A stretch of 64,000 nucleotides of DNA from Eimeria praecox (taxonomy: Eukaryota), in NCBI GenBank assembly GCA_963920595.1, contig OY986950.1, positions 2,170,001 through 2,234,000 of the forward strand, in the 5' to 3' direction. The notes below the pieces were generated by a model. The model made no database searches and had not been told where the DNA came from. It saw nothing but the letters and a program-made list of their open reading frames with translations. Position numbers and translations under genes: made by a program. How positions within the stretch are numbered: the first letter of the stretch is position 1; every line of letters begins with the position of its first letter. This document shows, one piece after another, positions 11,101-23,005 of the stretch.

Positions 11101-14100
11101 CCCCTACTTTCTGCTTGTGGGCTCGCGCTTCCTGTTACCTTGTGCGACCTCGCAGCTTGTCTGAATCTTTTGCTTTTTTCGAGTTATCTCGTCATGCTGT
11201 ATATGTTTGTTTTGGTTAGCGGTTTGTTTTTGCTTGAAGCCGCTGTTCAATCAGTGGACTCTCTACGTTTGTCTTGTGCTTCTCCTACTGTGCACAGGGG
11301 CGTCTCGTTTTTCCGGTGATATCAGCGACTCTGGCAGCAGCGAGTCTGCAGATGAACCTGTGAAGAAACAAGCCACTATGCAGCGGAGAAAGGTACAGCT
11401 TACGCACATTGTCCCTACGCACAGCATTCGTGTATGTGTGTGGGTGCGCATGCCACCTTTACCTCTCAGCAAGTGTCTGCATGCACTGCAGATGCTCCCA
11501 GTGTGTGGCAAAGCGAGTAACTGCAAAACGAAAGAGCCAACGAAGAGCCGAAATGAAGGCGGTTGTGCTCGATAGATGATTGAAATGCGAGCAGCCAGAC
11601 CCCACAAAAGCATTGTGCTCGTCAGCAACCATCTGAGTTCATTGTATAGGTTGCTTCCACCTTTTCTGGTAGTTTGCTTGTATGACTACGCGAGATGCTC
11701 CATTAGTTGCTTATTTCTGCGTCTGTGGTTGTGTTTTATCTCCCTTCAGCTCCTGGACGAGGCGGAACGTCATATGAATGTTATTGGCAAGCAGTGGTCG
11801 TTCAGCGTGATAGAGGTGCGAATTCCCTTGCATGGTGTTCCCAGAATTGCATGAGACGTTTACTTTGAAGAAGCAGTTGAGGCTTACCTGCCTCTTGCTT
11901 CCCTGTAGAGGAAGTAGCATAAGCTGGTGCTGCTGCTGCACGTCCGTGCTTGTGCTGTCACCACGGGAACTTTCAACTCCTTCAGGAGGTTTAGAACTGC
12001 ATGTTGTATTTAACTTATGGTGTAAAGACCGTGCCATTTGTGTATGCGTGCAGATGGAGCAAGAAGCCAACACCTCGCTCTTGGTCGTGGGTGCAGCTCT
12101 TTTGGGGCCCGTTGTAACAGATTGGGGTTGCAGCAACAACGAGCTGTGCCAGTTTCTGCAAACCTTGCAGTGCCAGTATCAACCGAATCCGTACCACAAC
12201 CAGTTGCATGCAGCCATGGTGGGCCCCGCAACTCATTCAGATCTTATACTTTTATTCTCCGCAGAAAAAGAACGCGCACACTTCAACCAAATTTGAACAC
12301 AGCTGCTTCCTGTCGAAATCTGTTTCCCCATAGATTTCACTGCTGCTGCTGCTGGATGCCTCATTGCTTTGCTTGTTTGTGGATACGCTTGCAGGTGGGG
12401 CATGCTGCAGTTTGTATCGCGAATATACTGGGCGTTTGGCAGATGTAGGTGGCAGTATTGTTCCTAATCTATCATGATTGCTGAGTATAAACTGCATACA
12501 GCTGTCTGGCCCATGCTTATAGCAGAAAACAAGTAGTAATGCTCGTCAGGATAAATGCGTTGTGGAATTTGTTTTGTTGTATGTTGCAGAATGGAACCGC
12601 TGGAGAAAGCTGCACTTGCAGTTGCCTGTTTGGCCCACGATGTCGGCCATCCCGGCCGCACTAATCAATTCTTCGTGGCGTGTTTTGATCCTCTGGTGAG
12701 CTTTTTATAGCCGCTGAGTGTGGGCTTGTTTCTCTTACTAGTTTATTTCCAAATGGTTGAAGCGACTTAGCACCCGCTTGTTCGATCTGCCCTTGAACAG
12801 CTAAACACAAAAGCAGCTGCACCAGCAGAGAGCTAGGATGTGATCTCAGCGTTTTGTATCTAGCATTTACCTTCATGAAATAGGGGAAAGCCGGCAAGGG
12901 GTTACTGGATATAAAATGTACTTCATTTGACGCCTTGCTGTGTCGTTTGCAGGCGATCATCTACAACGATATATCTCCTCTTGAGAATTTCCACTCTTGT
13001 TTGTGCTTTCGAATTCTTGAAAGGTGCGATGTGTTACGGGCTGTGGCGTAGCAGCTACTCTTCCACCCTCCACGCGCGCTTCACGTTAGCGCGTAAAGCT
13101 GGCATTTGAATTGAGGCGCACCACTGAATTAAACTAAAGGAATAATGAGCAAGGCAGGCCATTGAGAGGCCTGCTTCCGTCCTTTCTGGCATCGCATAAG
13201 CATGCGTCTGTGGGTAATTGCCTATCTGCTGTTCGTCTGCATCTGGCTGTATGGCTGGTTAGCAAGGCTCCATTCCTGATATCAAACTGAATTTATGTTG
13301 CGTTCATGGGGGCTGTGGTGCAGGAAGAGCTGCAACATATTTTTTTTGTTATCTGTCGGGGGTTTCCGCTTTGTACGAGCGAAGATCATCGAGTGTATCC
13401 TGAGTACTGACATGAAGCAACACTTTGAGGACATTTCGAAGTTTCGCATGCGTCGACAAAGCGAAGAGTTCTCCTTCCGAAATAACGCCGAGGATAGATG
13501 GGCTACACTGCGTATGTGTGTCAAAATGGGGGACCTCTGCCATACTGCCCTGCCGTGGTCCGACCACTTCATCATGTCTTGCGCCATCACTGAGGAGTTC
13601 TACCAGCAGGGAGACGAAGTGAGTCAAGCAAATACGTCTTAAACTTGTTGTGCTCAGCCATTCCATTGAAATTCTTTATGTTCGCCACTTTCATGGCTCA
13701 AGCAAGCGGTGGAGGCGCCTTTGTCTCCTAGTGTAACTAAAACACTGAACTGTGGAAAACGGCTATGCGGGCATGCAGACGACGCAAATATATTTTGCTG
13801 TTTCTGTTGCAGAGGAGCGGTTGCGCAGTACTTGTTTAGAATACGCTTGGCTGTTGCAATATGTAGGGTGTTCACTGAGTCTTATGTAGTATGGTTTTCT
13901 GTATTCGTTGCTGTAGGAACTGCGGCGGGGTATGTCAATATCGCCGCTGTGCAGCCGGGAGGCTCAAATGGACATTGCAAAGTCGCAAGAAAGTTTCTTG
14001 TCCTTTGTTGCTCGACCCCTTGCTGTTGAATTGGTTGAGTTGGACGGACAAAGACAGATTGCGTGGGTCTTCCTGTGCCGATAGCTTGCAGCAGATTCTC

Positions 14101-14621
14101 CCCCGCCACTGTCTGTCTGGGCACTGATGGATGCGGGCAGTTGCACCCGTCACAATCGCATGACCTCTGCTGCTGTTTCGTTTGTTTCACCTGCTGTTCA
14201 AGTTGCTTGTTGTTCTTCTGTTTGCATGTGTGTGTGTGTTCTACACTATAGAGATGAGGTGCTATCAACTTTGGACGCCAATATGGAGCGCTGGAAAGCG
14301 TTGGCGGCTGAGGGCACTCTTATATCCTTGCCGGCGACAGGCAAACAAACCCAAGTTCGCACATTTACGCTTCACGCTGTTCGTAACCTCGCCGGCCCTG
14401 CACTTTCCTTGGCCCGTCGAACAGCTGCAAACCATGGTGACCAGCGGTCTAGTGAAGACCAAGGCGCCAACGCTTTGACGGACCCGAACGCTTCTTTTAC
14501 CCAGAATGACGACGCATTACGTGAGATGGAACTTTCCCACCAGACACGGCAGAGGCTGCACATGCATACTACCTTTGTTTCGCTTCCAGCCCACCATGGT
14601 GGCAATGATGCAGCGACGTAG
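7171..14621 (+). CDS. Class I 3',5'-cyclic nucleotide phosphodiesterase with N-terminal transmembrane segments (multi-exon)
   Basis: Catalytic motifs in successive exons: PYHNQLHAA (~12190), [13 protein letters not shown] (~12634-12672), [12 protein letters not shown] (~12957), [24 protein letters not shown] (13324-13618), [14 protein letters not shown] (~13918-14060). Final exon [14 protein letters not shown]...AAT* ends at 14621. Hydrophobic TM-like exons at ~8120-8370, 8620-8914 and 9295-9394. Start codon uncertain. Confidence 0.93.
8529..8575. repeat. Tandem TGCA/TGCATGCA palindromic motif array (intronic)
   Basis: tgcatgcatgcatacataaatgcatgcatgcatgcatgcatgcatgc. TGCATGCA is a well-known abundant apicomplexan motif. 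Confidence 0.9.
8970..11097. repeat. Intronic (TA)n and (GT)n microsatellites
   Basis: (GT)n at ~8970-9003; (TA)n at ~9034-9098, 9630-9772, 10403-10451 and 11025-11097. Similar tracts at 2762-2794 and 3500-3705. Confidence 0.95.
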
Positions 14622-15567
14622 ACGGTGTGGGCTGGCGAGCGAGCTTTCTGTGGAGTATACTATGGTGAAGTGCGTTTTGTGCATTTGCAGCGAGGACGCA
14701 TCTCTTCGACTGGCTGGCCGACTCGGGCGAGGCTACAACTATGTGGAGTCCCCGTTTTACAGTGGACAGCGTCCCAGCTGCTCATCATCAAGACTCTTCA
14801 GGTTCGAAAAGCAACTCCCGCTAATCTTCCCCCCTCCTTATCTGAGGATATGTTTGATGGAACGGTGAAAGACGTTTGCTATTGCTAGGCCCAGCCCTAT
14901 ATGTATATGTCTAGTTTGGGCGGTTAAGGTACGCTGAGCTTTCTCAGCGAAGGAGCATATGGGCTCCTTGGCTCTTCGCTAGCTTAAATTCACGCTTCTA
15001 CTTGTACAGAAGACTTTGTTGGAAGCAAGGGATGACGACACACATTTGTAGCACTTCACGGTTTGAGAAACCAAGTTTGGACATGGAACAAAGGACAGGG
15101 AAAACAATGCCTCTCTGCATGGGACAGTTTTGATCGAGGCTTCTGCTTCGTATTGCCGTTTGGTGTGCGGCTCAAGCAGCCGCACGTCCTGGCGTTGCTG
15201 AGGGAGCTGAGGGCACACCACTCACAGCAGCAAACCTCGCGTGTCAGCATCAACCATTTGCTACTGATGCTGCAGCAGCAGCAATCCAGAGCTGCCTTCG
15301 TACTTTGTATATACCCCTTCAGTGTTGGGCAACAACTGCGCCAGCGCAAACGACGTGCAGCTACATTGAATATGCGCACAGAGAAGTCTGTGCTGGGCTG
15401 TAGTAGTGAGTAGGGTGAGTGAGCTTTAGAAAGGCTTTAGCTGTAAGCACTAAATTCAGATTAATGTGCCTTCTGCAGCTGCCGTGTGTCGGTCTCAGTG
15501 ACGGGGGGTTGGTTGTTCCGTCCACCCAGATCACACGCTGCAGGCTCGCAGATAGGTTTGACAGCTT

Positions 15568-17318
15568 TCAGTGCTTATTCTGCAGATTTTGGGGTTGGGG
15601 AGGTAGCTGCCTTTGTGAAAACTTGCCGGCGCCAGCAGCGGCTTGCCGCTGCTGCAGTTTAAGTACTGCGTAGTTGTGCACACGGGCTATGTTGACCTCC
15701 GTCATGGTTATCTGGGTCCTCAGCCATTCCATGTCAGCTTCCTAATGCACAAGCAAATCCACATAGCTTGCATACTTTCCTGTGGAGGACTAGGAGCAGT
15801 TGACACTAGAAAGGCAGCCGGAAACCAGCTCTCTATGGTTTCCAGTTGCCCTTTTAAACAACAGCCCAGGGTTCTCGCTTCTGGCCGTGCTTCGTCATCA
15901 TGTATAGGTGCGTCCTTCGTCCGTATTCCGCGGCATTCACAGCAAGCAAGATCTACTAAGACAAAGCAGGGGAGCTGAACTGACAAGCAGTTCATCACTT
16001 AAGACTCCACTCACTGCTTCTTCCAGGTACTTGTTTGCATATTTAAGGCTTTTGTTGAGGACATCCAGCGCCTCCTCTATGGTGTACTCTACGACTACAT
16101 CGGCCTGCATCCGACAATCCCCACAGACAAACGCAATAACACGCAGAAGGGGTTGGTGAGCTGCAGATCATACTGAACGATTGATTGTAAAGGTTCACAT
16201 CATCTGTTTCGAGCAGATTCAGCAAGCCTCAGTGCCATGATTCACGAATACTAGCTAGATTGCTCGCCAGCTGGCAAGCTGACACGACTAGGCAGTCATT
16301 CTTACAGCGAGCCAAAGGCAGACGGTGTCAGTCGGGGGAATGGTGGCCTGCGCATGGATTGTCTCGGCGAGTTGGAAGTGGGTCTGGAGTTCCCCATCGC
16401 CTCCCTCTTTTGCTATGTCCTGCATTGAAGTGGCCGAGAAAAAAAACAGGAGCAAGGAAAAGATAAGAGACAGAACGAATTATTAATATGCACATACGCA
16501 TTACAAATAGAAACCTAAAATGCTCAATATCCAAGATAACAGAAGGGTTCCCTACGCGCTGTCTCTTGAGCAGCTCCAGGGCATTCATTGTCTCATTTAT
16601 CGCAAGTGTCTTCGCCCGCAAAGTTTCTTTCTGTCCCAACAGAGAATGCTCCATAAAACGATACTTCCTGTATCGCACAGAAGGTAGAACCGGTAACTTA
16701 AATGCATTTTCCAGCCCCGCCCCAGGGGAGGAAAAGAGATGTATATTCACGCTTATATACGCATGCATGCATGTACACGCAGTTATAGGTATGCATCAAC
16801 ATGTAGGAATAGCCTAAAGTCGGTGCGCAGCAGCTAAGCGTATTATAAAGAGGGTGAAGCAAAGATTGTAGTTTTACTGTAGAAGTTCCTTGAATAGATA
16901 CTCTACAGATGCTGGGTCGCAGGACCCAACAAATGTCTCCACCTTTTCCTACAGCGCAACAAGTGAAACACTGAGCATAGTCTCTCTGTACAACCACATC
17001 ATCCTCTTCGTCATAGTTCAGGAAGGCAGCAAGCTAGCTGAGCCCTAAAGAAAGAGCAGTTGTAGTTATAAGGCTACTAGAGATTAAACGAAGAAGAGGG
17101 GCAAAGGGTGAAATTTATCCGCATCTGCAGTTAACAAGGAGGTAGGAGTACAGAAGCTGGCAGCCACTACTGTGTCTGCTGTGTCGTATCTCTTTTGAGG
17201 CGCTCTCCATTCAGCCGTTAGGCCTGAACAGACAGATGGTGCTTACTATGAACTTCGCCCCCGGTATACTTCTGTGCTCTCCATTCTTCGCAGGCACCAC
17301 TAGGTCGTCTAGACGCAT
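15568..17318 (-). CDS. PFDN3: Prefoldin subunit 3 (VBP1/PAC10-like), 6 exons
   Basis: Spliced product MRLDDLVVPAKNGEHRSIPGAKFI / EKVETFVGSCDPASVEYLFKELLQ / KYRFMEHSLLGQKETLRAKTLAINETMNALELLKRQR / GDGELQTHFQLAETIHAQATIPPTDTVCLWLA / ADVVVEYTIEEALDVLNKSLKYANKYLEEA / EADMEWLRTQITMTEVNIARVHNY... This matches the prefoldin-3 motifs KYxFME, VCLWL-ANVMLEY and TTTEVNxARVxN. Confidence 0.93.
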
Positions 17319-18149
17319 TACCTGAAAGGCCAGAAGGGGTGGAAAAGACGGCGGCAACAAAAAACGGCAACTGCGGGCGGTAGGCGGTATGTGCAGCTGA
17401 ACTGCTGTGTTAAGCTATACAAATGCGCAACCCGAAAAGAAAAAGGGGGCTTTTGAGCATTAACTGGGCAGACTGCATCAATTCACTTCTTGATAATGCA
17501 AGCAATTCAACTCTGCCGTGCTGTCTGGCCATACCGTTGTTCCAGAGGCCGTTTGCGCCATGTCGATATGTGTTTACTAGAAAATGTAACGCCAAATAGA
17601 ACGAAAATATGCAAGTTGGAGTGCTGAAGGGCGGACAACACGAAACATGAAATGCTGTCCAGCCACTTGCAGGGATGGTACGACAGGTTGCGTACCCCTC
17701 TAGTCTAAGTTGCTCTCCCGTATAAGCCTTTGTTTGGCAGCATCAAGTAAAGATATTTAATTTACCTTAAGAGGTCTGGTATACATACAGAACACAGGCA
17801 ATGCGGATGCCCCAAGCGCATGCAACACAGATCTGTGAGGATTCACTGGTACGCATGCTGTTGAAAGCGAGACTCACGCTGCGGTTCTCTTCAGAAACAA
17901 AGAATAAACTCATAGTTTGCTAGTTATAAGTATAGTTCTAACGGAGGTTTTTAGTTTATCTCGCTGTTTTCACCTACTCCTGCTAGATCATGTCTGCCGG
18001 CGTCGGCCGCGGGACCTCATCGATGCTTGTGACGAGGCGCATACGGCGTTTTGTCGGTTTTTTGCCAGACTATCGGCGTATAGGGGAGTGTTGGGCTGTG
18101 GATTTTTTGTTAGATATCAGCATGCCATAGGGCGACAGAGGTAGCCGAA

Positions 18150-21100
18150 ATGTCCACCAGCCTACTATTTCAGCATCTGCAGCAAGCCGCAGTGCCAGCG
18201 CTGCACCGACTCCAAGCATCCCTCTGCTCCGCCCAGTGTACAGGCGATGTGGCTCAGCTCCACGGGAGCAACACGAAGTGCGCCTGCGACGTGCGTCGCC
18301 GCGCCAGCAGCTGCAGGTGTAGTTCAACTTACGAAGTTAACAGTTGCAAACCCGCAAGCCTAAGCTGTAGCAAATGCAGCACCAAAGGGATATCTTTCGG
18401 CAACCGCGTTACTGCTGACAACAGTGTCTCCGCTCCGTCGAGCGACGACAGCAGCAGCGATTGCAGCAAGCATGCAGACTGCTTGGCCCACCGTATTCTA
18501 TCTCTTTCTACCCCTCTGGTACCGCCACTCCCGCCATACAGTGTAGATTCTAACGGAGTCTTGCGCAGTGCATGCAGTATCACCCCGAATTCCCCGAATT
18601 CCAGTTTGAGCATTCGCAGTGGCAGCTCGTGTGCAGGTACTCCTGAGGAGGGGTTCCCCAGCCACGGGAGGATTTGTTCAATTGATTCCGTGTCGCTAGC
18701 CTCTGCAGCATTTGTTCCTTCGCTATTCTCTCTGTTGCGTGAGCTTTGGGAAGCCAGTGACACGAGTGACTGGCTCTTCCCCCTGAAGGGGCCAGGTCCG
18801 CCCCGTCGTGCGGTGGCTCTAGAGGTGTGGAAGCTGCGTCCCAGTGCTGAACTTAGCAGTCAGCTTAAATTGTGGGGCAATGCAGCTTTGGCGCATAGCC
18901 GTCCAGCTGCCGCTGCCTCTCTCTACACAGCTGGAGTATTGCTTCTCCCAAGCACCAGCAACAGCAACACCCCAAACAGCACCAATCCGCTGGCGGTGTT
19001 GTGTGCGAACGCAAGCCTTGCGCTGCTACAGCTTAGACGCGGTAGGCGAGCCCTAAGGACTGCGACGGAGGCCGTTCTTGCAGACCCAATGTACCGCAAG
19101 GCGTGGCACCGTCGTGCAGCAGCTTTGGTGCAGTTGCGAGAAGAAATAGAGCGTTACTTCTTAACTCTTCCCAGCAGCAACAACAACAACAGCAGCAGCA
19201 GCAGTAGCAGCGGAAGCACTACCAGCCGTAAGACGAATTGCTGCTCTTCAGCAGCTCTTGCGTGCTTGCAGCAGATCGATAAAGAAATAGCAGAGGCCCA
19301 GATGATGTCAAAGGGACAGGTGAGCGCTTCTGAAGCGGCTACTGCTGCAAGCCGACTCATGGTTGGTCGTTGCGGCTGTGGACACAATGCAGCTTCTTGC
19401 CCTTCTTCTGACGGCAAGGACTCCGCATCTCATTCTCCAGGACTTTGGCTTAGGAGAGACGTACGAGCACAACTGGACGCCAAAGGTTTGGGTTTGGTGA
19501 CTGCAAACGATGCGCTTTGTCGGCTTGAAAATGATCCTTGTTTGGTCTTGGAAGAAGAAGCATTTGCGGTGTACGTGCAACCGAACCTCTGTGCAGACAT
19601 TCCTAAGATCCCTTTCTTGCTTCCCTCATACCACAAGGATACCCCTGCACAAACTTCAGAGGGCCTGAAACTCCTTGCAGATGCTAGTATCCGCAATGAG
19701 TGGGAGGAGCGCGTTGAGGAGGAAGTAGGGGGCAAAAACGAGTGCAAGGGAAACGACGAGAGAAGAAAAGGACACGATATCTGCCTAGAAATTCAAGAAC
19801 AAACAGAGGGGGTCTGTGCAGGCTGCGCGACGGTGCCGGCTCGGGGGAAGGGGGTTGCGAATGAATGTCATTTGCAAGCGGTTGATACGTGGCAGAGCTC
19901 ATTGAACCATTTACTATACCCCACCCTCCCTGTGGTGCCCTGTGGCTCCTGTGCGGCTGCTATGTTTTGCTGCCACGGCTGCAGAGCGGCTTCCTCTCAC
20001 AAGCGTGCCTGCCGATTGCAGCGACAGCATCACTTACAGTGGCAAGAGGCCTGTGGGATGGTACCCCATGCAGGGCGCAATGGCAATCGAAAAGGAACGG
20101 GGGGAAGAGCTGCGGAAAGTACTGAAGACACGCTAGTGCAGCCTTTAGCACTCGCACTGCCAGATCCTCATCGTTGCATTGCTCATCAGCTTTTGGCTTC
20201 CCTGTTGCCACCAGCAGCTGCCTCAGAAGAATCGGCGGAGGGGGAAGGCTCGACGGCATTGGTCGAAGAACCATACAAAGCTGTGGTGGAATCTACCGAT
20301 GCCTCCAATTTTGCAGGACTAAGGATGCTGGGAGACCCACCATGGCGCCAGTTGCTCATGAGGGCTTCATCTGTTGTTGTGGACAGCACAAGGGTGGCAG
20401 ATTGGCTGCTAAATGCGGCATGGCTGGCTGGCGAAGCTGCAGCAGGTGGCCGCGGGCTGCAGTGCGGTGGCCGTTGCCTCATCTGCAGATCCGCTGAAAG
20501 AGAAATTGCACCACCGTCGCACACAGCATTCGCTACTGCAGCATCTTCACTGCCAACTGTAGCCGCAGGTTCCGAGCAGCGTTTAGATGAGGCAGCCACA
20601 AGACATCTTCGAAGTTGCTGCTGCGAGTGCTGCCGGCCTTGGTGCCCAAAGTGCTCTAGTCGTTCGCCGTCTGTGCAAGATAGTGACGATATTTCGCGCT
20701 GTGGTGCCCCCTTCCCTAGGTGCCTCTTCTCAGCAGCGCTCCATGCCTATGGTGTATCTTGCTGCAACAGCTTCACAATTCGTGTTCTGTGTGACCCAGA
20801 GGAAGAAGCGGTCGCAGCTGGCACTGCGGTGTTCCTTGCGGCGTCTCTGCTTAACCATTCGTGCGCCCCCAGTGCTATTGCGGTTTTCGGAGAGCCCACA
20901 GCCCAGGTGCAGGGCCAGCAGCAGCGAGATCAGGAACGGCTGCGCCAACATCAGCACGGGGAAGACGGTGGCTGTGCAGCGGCGCAGTATGCTGATTTAC
21001 TTCCAAGTCCTCGTGGTTTGGGGCGGGGCACGCTGTTGCAGGTCCGGTTATGCGCCCAGCCAAATTCGGGAGGCAACGGCCGTCTTCAGGAGCTTTGCAT

Positions 21101-22448
21101 TTCTTACGGCCCGGCTGTTGGATTGCCGAAGAGCTCTTGGGGCTTCCGGCAAGACTGGCTGCTGAAGCATGCTGGTTTTTTTTGTCGCTGCGAAGTAAGC
21201 GTACACCCGATAACTCCCAATGCTGCGGGCCCACGCTCATATTTGCATAAGTATGCCGAAAAACACCTTTTACTTGTGCAGTTCCCCGTGGTTGCTGCAA
21301 TAAGATAACTTTGCGGTGTATGCGTGTTGCCTTCTCCTGAGCAGGCCTGCGTTCCTCCGCGGGGTAGCGACAGCGAAGCCGGTGATGGGGAGGTCGCCTT
21401 CCGATATGAGTTACTGTGCGGTTTCCCGTGTCCTCTTTGCACTTCTGTATCACGCGCGCACCAGCTTGTAGGGGGTTTAAAGCAGTACACGGCCAGTGGA
21501 AAAAAACATCTTGCACTATTCGGCACGGCTGCATTGCTCAGACGCTTCTTGGAGCCCCACCTTCCCGAGATTTCTGTGCCACCTCTTCGACTGCACAAGC
21601 TGGTGGCAGGACAGGCCACCAGCTGTTCTTTTTTCTCGAGGATGCCTGCAAAAACTCTTGAATTTGTCGCCGCTCTTTCGAAGCTGCTTCTCCGCGTTCT
21701 GGCGGAAGGGCAGATGCAGCCGGAATGGACTAGTACGCAAGTATTGGCGCTTCTGGGTCATTCATGTGCGCCGCTGTGGTTACTTCAAGCTAAGGCTTTT
21801 CCTGATTCTTCTGCCATTATGTCATCGTTTCTAGGCAAGGGCATACCGGTGTATGCATTCAGCGAACTCTGGTGCCTCAACTGCAACTTGCAATTTCCCG
21901 CCAGTGTTCTCGAAAAAAATCGCGAAGCCATTCATGTGCAGCTAGATCGCATGCGGAGCGCACTAAGAATCTTGGTCAGCCCCTTCTCCAAGGCCGCAAA
22001 AACAGAGCGGGCCGATCTGTTAACTGAGGCCTTGAAAGACATTGTGCAAGCCATTCCGCAGGTGGTAGCTGTCAGTGGCTGCCTGTCTACGGACGTGTGG
22101 CAGGCACTGCAGTGTGCGGCCAGGGCTGCTCACGCCCAAGCAGAGGTGATGCGGCAGGCACAAGCTGATTCCATCAGGTCTATTGAACCACTGGGAATGG
22201 CAGCTACTTGGCTGTTGGCTGGAATATACGTGTTGTTGCAAAGGCTTCCTCTTGGACTATTCCAACCAGAGGTGTGCGCGCACATGTACAAGGCTGCGGT
22301 GTTGCTTGGCCAAGTGGGTGGTCGTGCAGAGGCAAAACAAATCCTGGCATCCGCGATCCAAGCTACACTGAACTCCTGCGGGCCTCACAGCGTCAGCCAG
22401 AGTTACCTGAAAGAGTATCTACGATGGTTAGAACGAGAATATGAATAA
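18150..22448 (+). CDS. TPR + split SET + MYND zinc-finger protein (SMYD4-like lysine methyltransferase), 2 exons
   Basis: TPR-like LKLWGNAAL...LCANASLALLQL...PMYRKAWHRRAAAL; SET-N KGLGLVTA; MYND CAGC...CGSCAAAMFCCHGC...HKRAC; SET-C ASLLNHSCAPS and ELCISYG. An intron at ~21195-21343 (GTAAGC...GCAG) rebuilds the post-SET FFCRCE/AC. Confidence 0.88.
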
Positions 22449-23005
22449 TGTGCACTGCCGTATCATATGGAGGGCATACCATCGGCCAGATTTCACAGGT
22501 GCGTCAGTTCTACTAGACGCTCTTCGTGAGACTGCCCCCGGCAAGATGAAACATGCCAGAAACGGCGACGAATAGCTTTTTCTTCACCTCTAGAGTGATT
22601 CGGCAGAGCAGTTTTCCCCCGGGAGGGCAAAACTGCTTCGTCATTCTGTGGGCATTAGCTATTATTTGCACAGTAGCAGGGGTAGTCCTTCGGCAAATGA
22701 TTGCCTCGCCAGCATAAAGTCCGGGCTGCTCCATATTATCGCCATAGCCGATAGAAAACGCCACGGCTGCTTGGGGGATTACCAAATAAGAGGGCATCCA
22801 GTGTGGTATGAGACGTCTTGCGTAGCCATTGTCTCACTACAGCGGAACGCATGTCAGTAAATGCACTATTTTCGCCGGAGGCCGTTGCTATTGTCCATAT
22901 AGAGACTTGAGCCGCGCAGAACGCGGTACTCAAGATGACGCAGTCACGGCAAATCAGGCGCTGGTTCACATTGTGGTGAAACGCAGGGAAGAATTCGTTG
23001 TCCTG

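Noticed and set aside
8895..11319. ORFs with YIYIYI/CVCV runs
   Set aside because: Translations of intronic (TA)n and (GT)n microsatellites.
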